Assembly: GCA_010356995.1 (NCBI GenBank)
Contig: ML996696.1
Location: forward strand, 684,364 to 748,363
DNA from: Trichodelitschia bisporula
Lineage: Eukaryota
Direction: 5' to 3'
DNA length: 64,000 nucleotides
Below, piece by piece: positions 11,447-25,600 of this stretch. A program made the position numbers and the translations under genes. The first letter of the stretch is position 1; the number at the start of each line of letters is the position of its first letter. The notes under the pieces are model-generated. The model was not told where the DNA came from, did not search any database, and saw nothing but the letters and a program-made list of their open reading frames with translations.

Positions 11447-14400
11447 CTATCGTTCGTATCCCCGCAACACTCTGATAACAGAGGTTTCCCTGTCCCCTGG
11501 GGTTAAATACCGCATCACCTCCTTGCACGCCTCCGTTGCTGCTGACCGGATGTTCTCCACAGGTAGTGCCTCAACATCAACTCTCGATAACCAACCTGTC
11601 GTGGCCTCCCATCCGCAAGTTTTGGCAAGTTCCTTCGACCTAGGGAGCTCTTCAGCTGCAACCTTTGTCGCGAAATCTGCCGCGGCTTCTACCGCCCCTT
11701 TAAGCTCCGCCCGTAAAGGTTGGTCTATACTCCAGGTGGGACTGAGGCCTCGTGCGGTTTTCATAACTGCATGCCTAATGCTCTCAAGTGCCCGCCTGGA
11801 CTTCCCAAATACGCTCTCCATGGCCGTGAGTATTTTCGAGGCGCTCGCTGGAGAGGTCGGATGGTCGTCTTTCTTCCTCGTGATTGCAAAATCATCTTCC
11901 ATTTGCATCGCTTCTTCTATTTCACGCATCGCGACGACCACTCTTTTAATAGCCGGAAAAATCGTTGCGAATATATGATCCACCTTGGCGATTAAGTCGT
12001 CCTCAGGAAGGGAGTTGTCCGCAACATAGTGACTATGCTCACTAGAGGCCATGGGATAAATGGATAAGGCTTCCTGAAAACGGAGGTTGTTGCCGTGATT
12101 AGATATAAGCAACAGGACTTTTACAGCCAGAACTGCCTCGTTGCTGGCCTCAAGGGTTTTGGCGACCCGGAGAAGCCTCACCATGGCGCAAGCAAACAAC
12201 GATTTGTCGATAATGGTCTTCTGTCCGCTGACCTTCGCGAGTATGACGCTCCAAGAGGCAACATTCGGATCCCACACTTCCTTTTCCCCAGCAGCGTTCC
12301 AGGTCCACGCCTCCACTTCTTTTTCCCACTGCTCCCATAATTCTTTCTCAAAGGGAGTCAAGTCGACTCGTTCGAGGTTGAAGGGTGTTGTATGCGGAAG
12401 CAAGCGGACTGAAGGGTGAACCTCAATGGGGCAGCTCAGCATCCCCGGTGATGATTTTCCGCGTTGCACATGTCGCTGAAGGAGCCTCCGACGCCGTCCA
12501 CTGGACCACCCGAACGTCAAACCATGCAGTAAGAGCCATCCTTTCGTAAGTGATTCATTAATTTCGCCTAGAAAAGTGAGAAAACAGCCGATGCGTGACT
12601 TTCAGTGAGCCGTACCTTTGGACAATATCAGGTTCTTGGGTGGCTCTTCCGTAACTGGGAACGGAGACCACCGCCTTTTCATAATTTGAGGAGGCTGAAC
12701 CATTTCAAGAAGCACGCGGTCATCAATTTCTGCTCCGCAAGCCATCTTGATCTGCGCCACCATCCAAAACAGAGAGAGTGTGGAAAGTCCAGCGTCCACA
12801 TTTCCACCCCCAACGTCTCCATGGCACCCGGAAAAGGCAACTTGCTTGACAGTGACACCGTCCTTGGCCTCTTCCCAAAGCAACGGCTTGAAGCTGAACC
12901 TCTTCTCGTGCAGAGAGACTGCCACGAAGGCATTTTTGACGGCGGTGGGTACCGTCCCCGCCATGAAGGACAATTTTCCTCTCAATGGCGATAGGCGGAT
13001 TGCACTGACGGGGTCCCATTCAGCCAGTACGGTGATTGTGACGGGCAAGGAAAATGCTTCAATCCCGCCTATGTGGTCTCGCATCTCACCTCGCTGTTTG
13101 TCTGTTCTCGCTTCCAACCATTTTTTGAACAAGCTGGGAAGGAAGTGCAAATTCTTGCGCCGAAGAAGTCCAATCTGACTGATAAGATCCGCGAGACATC
13201 GAACAGTAAAGGCACCCCGAGAATACCCGACAAGAACGATCTCGTCAGGGTCTCCTGAACGATGATCTTGATCAACACGATGATCGTAATTGTTGCAAAG
13301 GAAGCAGTACGCGCTGAGGATATTCTCATCCAGGCCTATCAGTCTCGTTAGTCTCAACATTTGATCTCCCGAGGACAAGACTGACCCTCTCCAGTAGCGG
13401 CAGAATAGTACTTATCCACTGGAAGCGCAAGGACGGATTGGGATCCCACCCCACCGGAATAATAGATCACCTGGGGTATGTCGAGTTCACTATTCCGGGT
13501 TTTCGGCAGGACAGCGCGTGCAAATCTCGCAACATTTGTGAGGGGAGAAGATTGGCGCGACGCATTCACGCTGGTACCATCACAGCAAATAAATAGACGC
13601 CTCTTGCTCGGCGCTGCGAATGGCTCCGGTTCAGTCTGATCCTGATTCTTTGCCTGACGCGGATTCGGCACCTGGAATGCTGTTCTCATTTCCTGGGTCT
13701 TTAATCGAGGCGGGCTCGGCGACCTGCGCCGGGTGGTTTTTATTGGGCTCCTCGACCGAGACCAACTTCGCCACCTGCCTCGCGAGGTCTTTAGTTTGCT
13801 TCTAAACCGAGATGAAGGCGGCGACTTGTGACGTATGATTGTCAATGGCCTTCCTGACGGAGGGGGGCTTGGAAATCTGCGACGGATGATCGCTTCTAGG
13901 CTTTTTGACCGAGGCGGAGTCCGCGATCTGGATCTTCTTCGGCTCCGTGACCGAGGCTGAGTCGGCATCGTGAGTCGTGTGGTCCTTATTGGGCTTCTTG
14001 GCCGAGGGGAACTCGAATCCCTGTGACGTACGACCGTTATTCGGCTGATTGTCTGAGACGGACTCGGGAATCTGCGCCGTGTGGAGGGTATTGTTCGCAT
14101 CTGCGATGGCTGACTTCGGCCCCGGGAGGGTGCAAAATGTGCACGTTGGCTTCCGTTCTTGCCCAGTGAGGCGTTTTCCACATTTCTGGTATCTGGGTAT
14201 TCATCCTGTCTCCTCGGTATCCACCGCCTCGAATGTGGCCAGGGAAAGTTTGGAAACGACATGGGTTTGTACGATTCGGATACCAACTGTTCTTCATCCT
14301 CAGATTGTAGATTCAGCTGCATCTCCTGTAACGAATCTAGTCCCCTGGAGTGTGGAACAGTATAAAAAGTGGACGAGTCAGACCCCAAACTCTCTTCGTC

Positions 14401-14661
14401 GTTGCCCGGGGAAGTGGGTTTAATGTTGCTCGAGTCTCCAGATTCATACTTTCTCTTTGATATGGGTTGTGCGGTATCCTCAGCTGATGATTTATGCGCT
14501 ATCTGTGATAACAGAGGGTGTTCATGGGAAGGCAAGATCATCGAAGACTCGCGCGGTGGACGCCCTTCGCTGTCTTCGTCCTCATCCGCATCGGCCATTT
14601 CCACTCTGCGGGGCCGAGGCTCCTCGCGTTCTTTGCTCTCACCCGGCTCGATACTTTCCAT
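11447..14661 (-). CDS. DUF2235 (Tle1 phospholipase-like alpha/beta hydrolase) protein with an Arg/Ser/Pro-rich N-terminal region and a helical C-terminal domain
   Basis: Motifs RRLFICCDGT, TNVARF, YYSGGVG, GYSRGAFTVR, SLHEKRFSF and FSGCHGDVGGG. Introns at 13336-13385 and ~12568-12615 join the three ORFs in frame. Confidence 0.85.
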
Positions 14662-15661
14662 GTTGTTCGTCTTCAAATTCCGGATGGCGTACTAGTTAGG
14701 AACAGGGTAAGAGAAAGTGAAGCTCCGATTCTCCAATCAAGCTGAGATTGCGCGGCAGTAATGGACACCGACGCGGGGTGTATGGGAGGAGAGTCAGATT
14801 CATAACTGCTTGAGGCTCTCTCTGCAGCCATGCGGCTGACCCGGAGTTTCCTACAGGCCGAAGGTTCTTCAACCATATTGAAGAGCTGAATATGCAATGC
14901 ACGCTCTCAAGCGGGGTCATGTCGCCAACCGACTTGCGAGTTGAAGTGTGGCTTACAGCAGCGAACGGCCGGCCTTGCGCGTTCCACAGTATGCGGGCGA
15001 AGAGGGCGGCAGAAGCCTGGCGCTAATGCAGTCCAAGAGGGCGGGAGTGGCCTTGATGAGGAGCATTTTCCGCGTCTGCCGATGGAATTGACAGGGGAAT
15101 GCAGCGCATATTTGCATATCCTATCACAGTGCGTCGGGACGTCCAGAAGGGTGTCCCGACATAACCGATGAGGCTCCGCACAGATATTGTTCATTCCTGA
15201 TCTCGACCGAGCTCTGACACTGATCAGCAAAAGGCGAGGAGAAGTAGGGTCGGCGTTTCTTTTACTCGGTACTGAATTGCGCGCTTCTGGGATTCATATT
15301 GTGGGTTGCAGCCTGGACAGAACGAGTTTGTGGAGAAATCAGGTGGCGATCGCGGATGAGCAGAGTTAAGATGTTAAGAAAGTAAGAGAGGTGAGGTTCG
15401 TGGATGATGCATGGAATGGTCTGATATCTCCTCAGGGGAAGTCGCCCTCTGATAAGGCGGTGAAGCCTTCCTTCCTAAAGCAAAGGCGGGAGGCGCGCCC
15501 ACACCCCGGCAATTTCTAAAGCCTCGATTGGCCAACGCGTTCGACATCGCGGAGCTCTGCCTGCTTTGTGCAACTCCTCTCCATCTGCACATCTACACAA
15601 CACCTTCATCACCCTCCAGCTATCCTCCACCTCCCCTCTCTCTATCTCTATTTTGCCCATC

Positions 15662-16668
15662 ATGTCATCAACAAGCAGCTGGGCCTCATTCGACACCGTC
15701 TTCGCCTTCAACCCCCAATATACTCTCCCCCCCTCCACCATCCGCGCAATCGACAAATCGCGCCGCATCCTCGGGCAGCTCTTCTTCGACCGGCTACTCC
15801 GCGTCCTCCGCGTAGAAGGTCCGTCACTCCCCCCCGCCCCAACCACCCACATATCCTAACACCAAAAGCAGACGCGCCCTACCCCCCCCGTACAAACACC
15901 GACCTCCGCACCCTCCACGCCGCCATCACCGCCGCCCCCCTCCCCGAACACCACCGCCAAGCCCTCCTCTTCTACATCCTACGCCACTGCGGCTCCGACG
16001 ACAGCGCCGAGGCCCTCGCATCCGCCTTCCGCGACACCGTCGCCCTGCCGCAAGGGTACGTCGTCTGCATGCTGGGCTTCTGGCACCTGGATCGCGGGGC
16101 CTATGATAGGGGGGTTGAGTATCTGACCATGCCGGCGCTGATCCCGACGTTTGCGGATGAGATTCTAGCGGTCTTGTTGCAGGACCCGAAGGATGCGGCG
16201 CTGGCGCATGGGTATGCGCTTGCGGTGGAGCCGCCGCTGCGGGACTCGGAGCTGAAGCGGAAGTACTTTGGCATGTTGGCGCGGACGGCGGTGCCGGAGG
16301 CGTTATTCTTTGCGCGCACGCAGCCCGCGGAGACGAGGCGGGGGATGGTGTGTGCGTTGATTGCGGCGGTGATTGGCGAGGGGGAGGATGTGCCTGGTGC
16401 GGAGATGGCAGGTGCGGAACGTGCGGATCGGGCGAAGCGGGCGTTGGAGTTGGTGGATTTACCCTTGGATCAGCTGGAGGAGGAGTGGTTTGAGGAGTAT
16501 TTGCAGGGGGAGGGGAGGGGGTTGAAGAGGGCGGGTGATGCGCTGATGATGCGCCGTATCTCGCTGGGGCGTGTTGGTGAGGTGCGGCGCGACGGCACGT
16601 GGGGGGAGATATTGGAGGGGCTTGCGAAGGGGAAGGGGCCGAGGGCGGGGGTAGTGTGGGCAGAGTAG
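15662..16668 (+). CDS. ELYS-like (nuclear pore complex assembly) domain protein
   Basis: LFFDRLL, YPPRT..DLRTLH, QALLFYIL, GFWHLDR, EYLTMPALIPTFADEIL and EALFFAR. Intron at ~15819-15870. Family assignment is from remembered motifs. Confidence 0.75.
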
Positions 16669-16791
16669 GGAGTGATGGGGTTGGAACGAGTATGTACGAC
16701 ATGATCCCGCGTCTACCTAGAACGAGCCTAAACAGACAGCCGCCGCGCGAAGTCAAAGCCCGCGTATAGATATCCCCAAAAACACACATTC

Positions 16792-18610
16792 CTACTTCCG
16801 CCCCACGACCTCAGCCCCAGTCTCCGCAATCGCCTTAACCAACCCCTCCACCACCCCCCGCCCCGTATCCCGATTAACCACGACGCGGAAAAACCGCCCG
16901 TTCTCGCCAGGTGCATAATCCACCATCCACCCGCGCTCCACAAGCCCCTTCGCCGTCTGCACCGTAATCCGACTATTCTCCTCCGGTGTCCCCAATGCCC
17001 TTCCGGGAGCGTAGTAAAAACACACCTGCAAACACGGCAGCGGCGCCTGGCTCACGAGCACAACATCCGGATGTGCCGCTAGGATGTCGAACAGGTACTG
17101 CGCGGTGCCGAACGCGTGCTCTAGCTGTGCAGCGTACCCGGAGCGCCCGTAGTACGTCCAGCCCAGGTATAGCTTCAGCGCGTCGGCGCGGCGGCCGCAT
17201 TGCGGAGTCAGATCGGCTAGATCGGTGACTGAGAACGCGCCGTCCGAGGGCTCGTCGTGGAAGAGGCTGGGCCGTTAGGTTAGCGGCGCCGGCAAGGGGA
17301 GGAGGAGGGGGGACTTACTACCCCGCCGGCAGCGTCATGGCGGCATGCAACACGCGCAGATCCCTAACGAGGAGGAAACTACACGTCACCGGCACACCAA
17401 GCATCTTATGCGGCGTCACAGCTACACTATCCGCCCTCTCCACACCGCGCAGCCTCTCCCTCCTCAGCTCCTCACTAAACACGACCGGCCCGCCCCAGGA
17501 CCCATCCACGTGCAACCACAGCCCCTCTCTCTCACACACCCCCGCTATCTCCTCCAGCGGGTCATAACTCCCCAACACCGTTGTCCCAGCAGTGGCATTC
17601 ACATAAAACGGCGTCTCGCCCGCCATTCTCGCTTCCCCAACCAACCTCCCAAGCTCAGCCGGAATCATCCTACCCCCTTCATCCACCGGCACGGCCCGCA
17701 CCCCGCGCGCCCCGATGCCAAACATCCTCGCCGCCTTCTCAAGGCTATAATGCCCATGCGCACTCGTAAACACAACCAACCGCCCACACCCCGCCAATCC
17801 CTCCTCCTTAGCCTCGGGGAAAGCCCTATTCCTCGCCGCCAACAAGGAGAGCTGATTCGCCGCACTCCCCCCAGGTTGACTCACGCCCCCCGCATGCGGC
17901 CCCGTGAGGCCAAACAACCCAGCGAGGGCCCTCGTCGTCGCGCTTTCCAGCAGCGTCAGCGCGGGCGACACGTGGTACACATGCGCATTGGTATTCAGCA
18001 CAGAGAGCAACAAATCGCTCACCACGCCCACCGCGTTCGTCGCCCCGTATAACTTGTCCATGAAGCCTGGGGACCAGGTGTTCGTGCTGTGGGTCAGGAT
18101 TCCCCTCGCGGCGGCGAGCAGCGCGTGTTTGCCGCCCGGTTTGGTTGGGAACGAGAGATCCAGCGCCGGGGCGAGCGTTTTCGGGTTCGCGGCGGGGGGG
18201 GAGAGCAGCGGCGTGCGGCCGGCGCAGGACGCAGAGTCGACGTAGTCGTCCGGCAGCGCGGTGCCGGCCCACATGAAGCCGAGCTCCGAGGGCGCATACC
18301 CCTCCTCCACAGAAAAGCTCAATCCATGCCCTGACCCTGTTTCCTTAAGCGCGGCGTCGAGGTCGCCCGCCGCGACGTAGGGCAGGATCAGCGTTGTGAA
18401 TTCCTGGAGTAGCTGGAGCAACTATTAGTCCTGTGTCTCGGGATCAGGGGGCAGGGCTGAGTTTGTATGGGGATGCCATACTCCGTGCAATTCCGCCGCG
18501 CGGTTCTGAGGCGGGTCGGTCTGCGCGGCGCCATTTACGGGTGGTGTGGAGGAGCCATTGGGCTGCGTGGGAGGGATGAAGGACTGCGCGCCAGGGCGGA
18601 GGGCGGACAT
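16792..18610 (-). CDS. Group II PLP-dependent decarboxylase (glutamate/cysteine-sulfinate/aspartate decarboxylase-like)
   Basis: FMDKLY, LNTNAHVYHVSPALT, PGGSAAN, HYSLEKAA, NATAGTTVLGSYDP, WLHVDGSWGG, TPHKM (PLP Lys), GY|LFH and DLADLTPQCGRRAD. Introns at 18413-18481 and 17267-17318. Confidence 0.92.
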
Positions 18611-19249
18611 TCTTGCGTCTCGTCTTGTATCGCAGTGAAGAGCGTAGATTCTCACGACGCGGAGAACGCGGCGCTATGTATACATCCAGATCCACCCGCG
18701 CGAACGGGCGTCCGGCACGTCTCAACCACATCCACCGCCCCACGCGCTACGTAATTTGAACAAATTTTATTTTTTTTCGCGCGCGCCCTAGCCCTCCGGC
18801 AGAGCTGTGATGTCATCTGACCTGCCTACGGCACCCTCCATTGCGCCTCCATCGCACCTACATCCGCACAAGACTTCTTGACTAGGGTGAGCACGAATTT
18901 GCCGCGTGAATGGCGCGTTGTGGCTGATTATTGATGATCGGGTGGTGGGTTGACGTTGGGTCGGCGTGCCGGGGCGGGCCGATCGATGCCGGGCCAGATC
19001 TTGGCCTGTGGGGCCGGGGTTGATGGCCGCTGGGTTAGGGTTTTGGGGGCTGTCGATTGAACCAGATCTACAACGACGGCTTCACGTGCATCACTTAATA
19101 AAGCTCGGGGCACGATTCAATGTTCCCTGTGTTCCTTGTGCTCCGGTCCGCTACCCTACGCCAGTCTGTCACTTGTCATTTTGCTCTGCTTCACTTCTCG
19201 GCCTCTCAGCTCCTCCTCAGCCTCACTGCCTCTCTGCCCAACATCAAGC

Positions 19250-20165
19250 CTACGGCTTCGGCACATGTATAGTCTTGCTGACCATGGTGCATCCCCCGCC
19301 GACGAACATGAGCACGAAGGGATGAAACTCCAGCCAGGTGCCAGCCATCACGGAGCCCAGCGGAAGTTCCGTCAGCACCCAGCCCTTGGACACCCAAAAC
19401 GCCATTATCGCAACCAAGCCCAGCGTCATGGGAATCGGAGTGCCCTCAAAGTACTTGCTCTTGCCCGTAGCATCCTTCGGCAGATACTGCGCCGTGACAT
19501 TGAAGCGCGCAAGACGGGTCAAGCCGCAGAGCACGAAGAAGGTGAGCAGCAGGTGGTCGAGCGGGGTGCGGGCGCCGATGGAGAAGGCGGCGGCGGCCGG
19601 AGCCATACCGAAGGAGATCTGCGGCGTTAGTTACTCCGTGGGGTAGGTAGGGGCCTATATGCCGCGTACCAGATCGGCGAGCGAATCCAGCTCCTGCCCC
19701 ATCAGCGACGCCTTCTTGCGCCAGCGCGCGACCTTGCCGTCCATGAAGTCGAAGAACAGGCCGAAGGGCATGAACGCGAGCGCCGCGTACAGCGGGCCGA
19801 AGTCATTGGGGGCGCCGAGGCAGTAGCGCAGCGAGGAGAAGATGGACATGATGCCGCAGAAGCCTTAGCCATGTTAGCTCTTTCCCGGATTCGGGCGGGT
19901 GGTTGCATACCATTGAGCTCGGTGATGAGGTCCGCGAGGTGCAGCGCCCTTGACGGTCAGTTTGAGTTAGGGTTGGGAAGCATCCCACGCACCGGATCAT
20001 CGAAAAGTGTCCAGTGTCTGAAGCCAGCAGGCGCGCCTGCTTCTCGTGGGCTGTCCCCGTTAGCAAAGGCAAACGCGGAGCGGGCAACGCACCCGTATCG
20101 GGTCGTTTACTGTCGCTCTCGGAGGAGGGCGCGAGGCCATTTGGCGCGCCGGATCTGCGGGACAT
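19250..20165 (-). CDS. CHO1: CDP-diacylglycerol--serine O-phosphatidyltransferase (phosphatidylserine synthase)
   Basis: [22 protein letters not shown]-alcohol motif [48 protein letters not shown] and a C-terminal SKTIHVPKP. About four short introns. Confidence 0.95.
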
Positions 20166-21618
20166 TGTGACGAAGTTCTGGAGGGGGAGAAGGTTGGTGG
20201 TGGTGAGGTTGTGGGCGGTAGTTTGGGAGGCAGTTTAGAGCTGGTGTTGCGGTGCGGAGGTTGCGTTTGCTTCCCTGCTTCTTTTCTTTGATGTGCGAAA
20301 CGTCATTGCTCGTCACGTGCGCTACGGAGTTGGGGGCTGGTGTTTGCGGCGGAGCTTGACGACACGTGCGCTTGGTTGAGGTTGAGCGGGGTTCTGGGCA
20401 CATGCTAGAGCTTCTCTACGATACAATGTACGCTTGCTGGCGGTGGATAGCGTGTGGCGCATACAGTCCGTCAAAAAGCTAGTATCTCATGAGCCTTAAG
20501 CAGGCCTTCTCCCAGCACAACGACCTGACTCGAGAGAAATGCTGTCGGGTAGACGTTTGTCTCAAACACGCAACATCGGCAACCTACTCAGTACTGGCAA
20601 GCGATACTGTGTAAGAGGCAACCTGAAATTAACTGGCCCATGAGCCCTTAGGCAAACTCTCCTTGAAACGAGCCTTACGCACTGTCGTGGTTCAGCGAGC
20701 ATCAGCTAAGCGCTGCTTCGGCAAATGTCTACTCCACGACGTCGCACTGCAGCTACTGTCCCTTTGCAACCAAAGGCAATGTAGGGGACACGACTGTCAA
20801 GGGAACTGGAGATCGACTTGTACATGGCCTGGAACCGGGTAGCCGCTCAAGCTTCCATCCAGACTCTTGCGAGATGAGCCACTTTGGCCGCCAAGCCATG
20901 GGATCGTCCCATGATTCGGCCATCTCAAAGATGAAGAGGACGAGAGGGCAGAGAACAGAGACCAGGGAAGCCAGCGAGAGTCAGGCTGTAGGCAATCAGG
21001 AACGGCAGATCTCGAATCGCTGGTGGACTTGCTGCGGGGTGAGGGCGTGCTGGCGTGCCACAGCTTCAGGCATGGCGCTTTCCGGGGGATGACGAAGAAG
21101 GCGGATTGCCGATACGACAAGCGGCGTGACCCGGTGACCGAGGGAGTTTTGAGTGGGCCATTTCAGCAGAGTGTGAGAGAGGAAGCAGTTGAGGTGGAGA
21201 AGGTGAAGGAGGAAAGATAAGAGACATGCGTTGATGATAATAAGTGTTTAGGATACTGTGCTCCCATGGCAGTGTTGAGTGGGAAGTGAGCCTGACAGCC
21301 CACCATGGTCGATTGCGCTCGACAACGGCCACAACCACACGATAATGCAGTGTTCCTGGTTCAAAAGCACAACCACTCTAGAGATCGGAAAGCGATAGGC
21401 CTTGACGTTTCTTTCGCATGTAAAAGCAGAGAACCACTGCATTAGAGCAGAGCAAAAAAAATAGAGAGAGTAATGGGTCCTTGAGGGACCAGAACAGGTG
21501 TCTGGCGTGCACCCATCTGCGGACAGCCCGACCACGCCGACCCCTCCACTCCGCGCGTTCCGCTGTCCCGCCCGGCTGATTGTCAATGTGATTTCGGGCG
21601 GAGACTGTTTCTTCCTAA

Positions 21619-21636
21619 TCCTCTTCTTCTTCTTCT

Positions 21637-21669
<33 letters not shown>

Positions 21670-21670
21670 C
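21619..21670. repeat. (CTT)n microsatellite in the CHO1/SWI1 divergent intergenic region
   Basis: About 15 TTC units read directly from the sequence. Confidence 0.95.
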
Positions 21671-22665
21671 TATCCCATCGCATCCCCTCTGCCTCATCCC
21701 CTTCGCTCTCCAGACTCTCTCTGTTGCTGCCACCATGGCTTCGCTCTCTCTCCCCCCCAGAGTCACAGGGGACCAGAGGAGACCAGCTTACATAAACACG
21801 GCAAAGCGGAAAAAGGACAAGGGAAGAGAACGAGAGTCGCTCCTCAGTCTTCACTCTCTCTGGCCTCTCTCCTCCCATCTATCAACCTCATTCACTCCTC
21901 ACTCATCACTCCTCACTCACGCTCCCTCTACCACGCCGGCCATCACCACCTCCACCTGCCTCTCTACACCGCACACTCTTTCTCCCCGTCTCACCCGCCC
22001 AAAAATAATAAACCACGCGTCTCGTCCGACCCCCGAAACCCCCCAAGTCTTCTCACCCAGAAAAGCCCTCCACCCCGCCCCCCCCTAGTATTACCGTCCA
22101 ATCCATAGTCCATTCCGCTCTATCATCTCTTCCCCTCTCCGCTCCGCCCCGGTAAGCCTTGTTTTTCCCTTTCCTCCGCTCTCACTCTCCGCCCCTTCCA
22201 CCAGTCCGCCCCTTCCACCAGTCCGCCCCCATCCCCCCCTCCCCCCATGATCATTCATCTCATACACCGCCACCCTTCACTACCACCACCATTCCTATCG
22301 GGCACGCCCTCTTTTCATTAATCATTCACCCGTTTCCATCATTCCTGTATCTTGCCTGTCTGCACTACCCGGCCAAGACGCCTCTTTGCCTTCACGCGTG
22401 GTGCCTCTCGCCTTCGCGCGTAGTCCACAAGTGGTGCTCCGACTCGCCCCGTCACGCGTCATCTAAACCCGGACACGCACGGCGGAAAAGAAAAAAGGCG
22501 GCCTTTCGTTCGCTACCACTACCACACCCCCCCCCCCCCTCCCCCTTCCCCCCAAACGCGTCGCCAGTCGCATCCCGTCTAGACCCGTCGCGTCTCGCGT
22601 CTATCCATCGCCATATCGCTGTCGCGCTTGACGTTTGGTAGTCGCTAATGTCCCTAGACTGAACC

Positions 22666-25600
22666 ATGAACGCATGGCCTCATGACAACCTCTCGACTAC
22701 CAATGGCTTCCCCGACGCGGCGTCAAACATCATTGACCCGACCATGTTCAATACCGCTGTCCCCTTCCCCAACGCGCCGCTGCATCAGACACCTCAGCCC
22801 CAGCGGTCGCAAACTCCCCACTACCCCTACCAGGTGAACCAGGTCATCCCGTCGAAGCGCCCGCGTCCGTCCGACGATGGCCTCGCCGGGTCACCGCGCC
22901 TGCCTCCGACGAGCCTGAACAACTCGCGCTCGCAGACGCCCCACCAGCAGTCCTACCCGGGCGGCTTCCCAGCTACCCAGGCCCCGTCCATGCCCTACCA
23001 GCATCTGCAAGGCGGCTCGACGACGGCAACGCCCTCACCCACGCTGCAGAACCAACAGTTCCGCCCTCCTCCCCAGCGCGTGCAGACCGTCTCACCGAAC
23101 CCCGGCTTCCAGCAGCCCGTCATGTCGCCGCCGCCCGACGCCAATGGCCGTGTTCAGACGCCGCAAAACATGAACTTCCCCATGGGCGCGCAGATGAACC
23201 CGGCGATGGGAGGGCACATGGCCGGCATGCCGACGGGGCAGATGGGACCGGGACAGATGAGTAGCCAGATGGGAGGTCAGATGCCGATGGGACAGCAAGG
23301 TCAGGGCCAAATGGGCCAGATGCCGCCGCAAATGGGCCAGATGCCCGGACAGATGCCACCCCAAATGTCGCCAGGCCAAATGCCCCAGGGCCAAATGCCG
23401 ATGCAAGGCCACATGGGCACGCCAAACATGATGACGCCGATGAACCAGCAGCAGTTTTACGGAAACTTCAACAACGGCAACCCGATGAACTATGCCCCGC
23501 AGGTGCAACTCAACCCCGGCCTCGCGCAGCGCCAAGCGGAGACGCAGCGTGCGTACCAGATCAAAATGATGCAGCAGCAGCAGCAGATGCGCCAGGGCCA
23601 GCCGATGATGGCGCCGCAAATGACGCCCACGCGTCCGCAGGGCCAGATGAATCCCAATGCCGCCGCCGCCGCTGCAAACCAGAAGGCAAACTCAGAAATG
23701 GCCTTTCTCAAGAACGTCAGTAATCTCATGCAGGCAAACGGCCGTCCGTTTGACCCGAACCCCATCGTCGCCGGCAAACCGGTCAACCTGTTCGCGCTTT
23801 TCCAGATCATCATGAAAGCCAAGGGCTCGAAGCGGGTAACGGCGGTTGGCCAGTGGCCGCAGGTTGCGCAAGCGCTCAAGTTCGATCCCTCCCTAGCCAT
23901 GGACCTCAAGGAGGTGTTCGATCGACTCCTCTTGCCGTGGGAGACTGCTTTTTACCACAATCAAATGAATCAGCGCAAGGACGGGCCTGGCCCGCAGATG
24001 TCGCCTACGCGCCCGCCACAGGCTGCACCGCCGCAGACGCCACAGAACGCCCAGCAGCAGCACCAGATGCAGCAGTACATCAATCAGATGCAGCAGCAGC
24101 AGCGCATGAACGCGCAAATGACACCGGTACAGAACAACGCCGCGCTGCCCGCCAACGGCTGGCCCACCCCGCAACCCGATTCGCACGTCCACCGCAAGAG
24201 CGTCAGCCGCACAGAGCCCGCGCCGCAGGCCTTCCCGCAGCCCTCACCCGTGTCCGCTGGCAAGATGCCTGAGCGGCCGGACGCGACGCCCAAGGCGAAC
24301 GGGCAGATTCAGGCGATCGTCGCGGAGGAGAAACCGAGTACAAATTACCTGCCGAACGTGTTTAGGCTCAGTGAGACGTGGGGCGGCGTGTACCCGGACC
24401 GGTATAGCTCGATCGGCGAGACGCTCGCGAAGTTGAAGCCCAATGTGCCGAATGTCGAGGAGATGGGCGTGGTGGACGTGCATGCGCTGACACACAGCTT
24501 GCAGAGCGGCATCACGGGTGAGGTGCGCCACGCGCTCGACCACCTCGTCAAGCTGTCCAACGAGCAGCGGCTGTTTATCGAACTCGAGCGGTGCGAAGAT
24601 CTGCTCGACACGCTGGTCGACTGCGGCGAGGTGCAGGTCGAGGCCTTGACAGACGACTCGGCCGAGGTGTCGGACATGATCGACTTCGGCGCATACGAGG
24701 ACGTGATGCGCAACGTCAAGATGGAAATGACGCAGCTGCAGCGGCTACCCGAGGCGGGCACCCGCGAGTACTTCCTCGACCGCGCCGCCGACCGGCTCAT
24801 CGCCATCACAACCATCCTACGCAATCTCTCTTTCCCGCATTCCATGAACCCACAGCAGTCAGAGCGCAATCTCCATCTCCTCGCCGCACCCACCGTAATC
24901 CGCTTCATCAGCAACGCAATCCGCCTCATCGGCACGCGGTACAACTTCCTGCGCTCGCATCTCAACACCCAAGACTTCATGAAAGACGTCGTCGTCTTCC
25001 TCTCCAACGTCACCGACAAAGTCTCCCTCCCCAGCCGCGAAGACGCCCTCAGCCTGCTCTACTTCCTCCTGTCTTTCGCCCCGCTGCCCCTCCCGACCAC
25101 GGCTAAACCCCTCCGCTTCTCCTCCTTCAACCCGCAAATCCACAAGTATTATCCTCCTGCCATCGACGCCCTCGCCAAGCTCCTAGCGCGTGATGATCCC
25201 AACCGCGCTTTCTTCCGCTACCACCTCGTCGAGGCCCTCCCACCCGCCGTACCCGGCGCCCCCGTCTCCGCGCGGTATGAGCTGCTCACCCGCGCCTTCG
25301 CCTTCGCCGTCGCTATCGTGCCCGACCGTACCTCGCCCCGCGGGCCCGCGACCACGGTGGCAGAAGTGCGCATCGCGGAGGCGCGCAAACCAACGCTCAG
25401 CCAGGGCATCTTGGCCGCAGATATTCTCTCCGCCCTCGTGCCGGTCAACGAGCCCGCGCTTGCGCGGGAGTGGATCGAGGGCGTCGACGGCTGGGGCGCG
25501 AGTCTGTACCGCCTGGCGTGCGTGCTTAGTAGTCAGCCGCCGGGCGGACCGCCGGGACGTCCGGGGCCGCGGCCTGGGCCTCCTGTGGAGGAAGGCGGGT

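Noticed and set aside
8092..18610. Secondary-metabolite cluster (2OG oxygenase plus decarboxylase)
   Set aside because: No backbone synthase, transporter or pathway regulator is present, and the genes are interspersed with housekeeping genes.
19031..19048. GGGTTAGGG telomere-like motif (also at ~35901)
   Set aside because: Single copies in G-rich sequence, with no tandem telomeric tract and no telomerase-RNA context.
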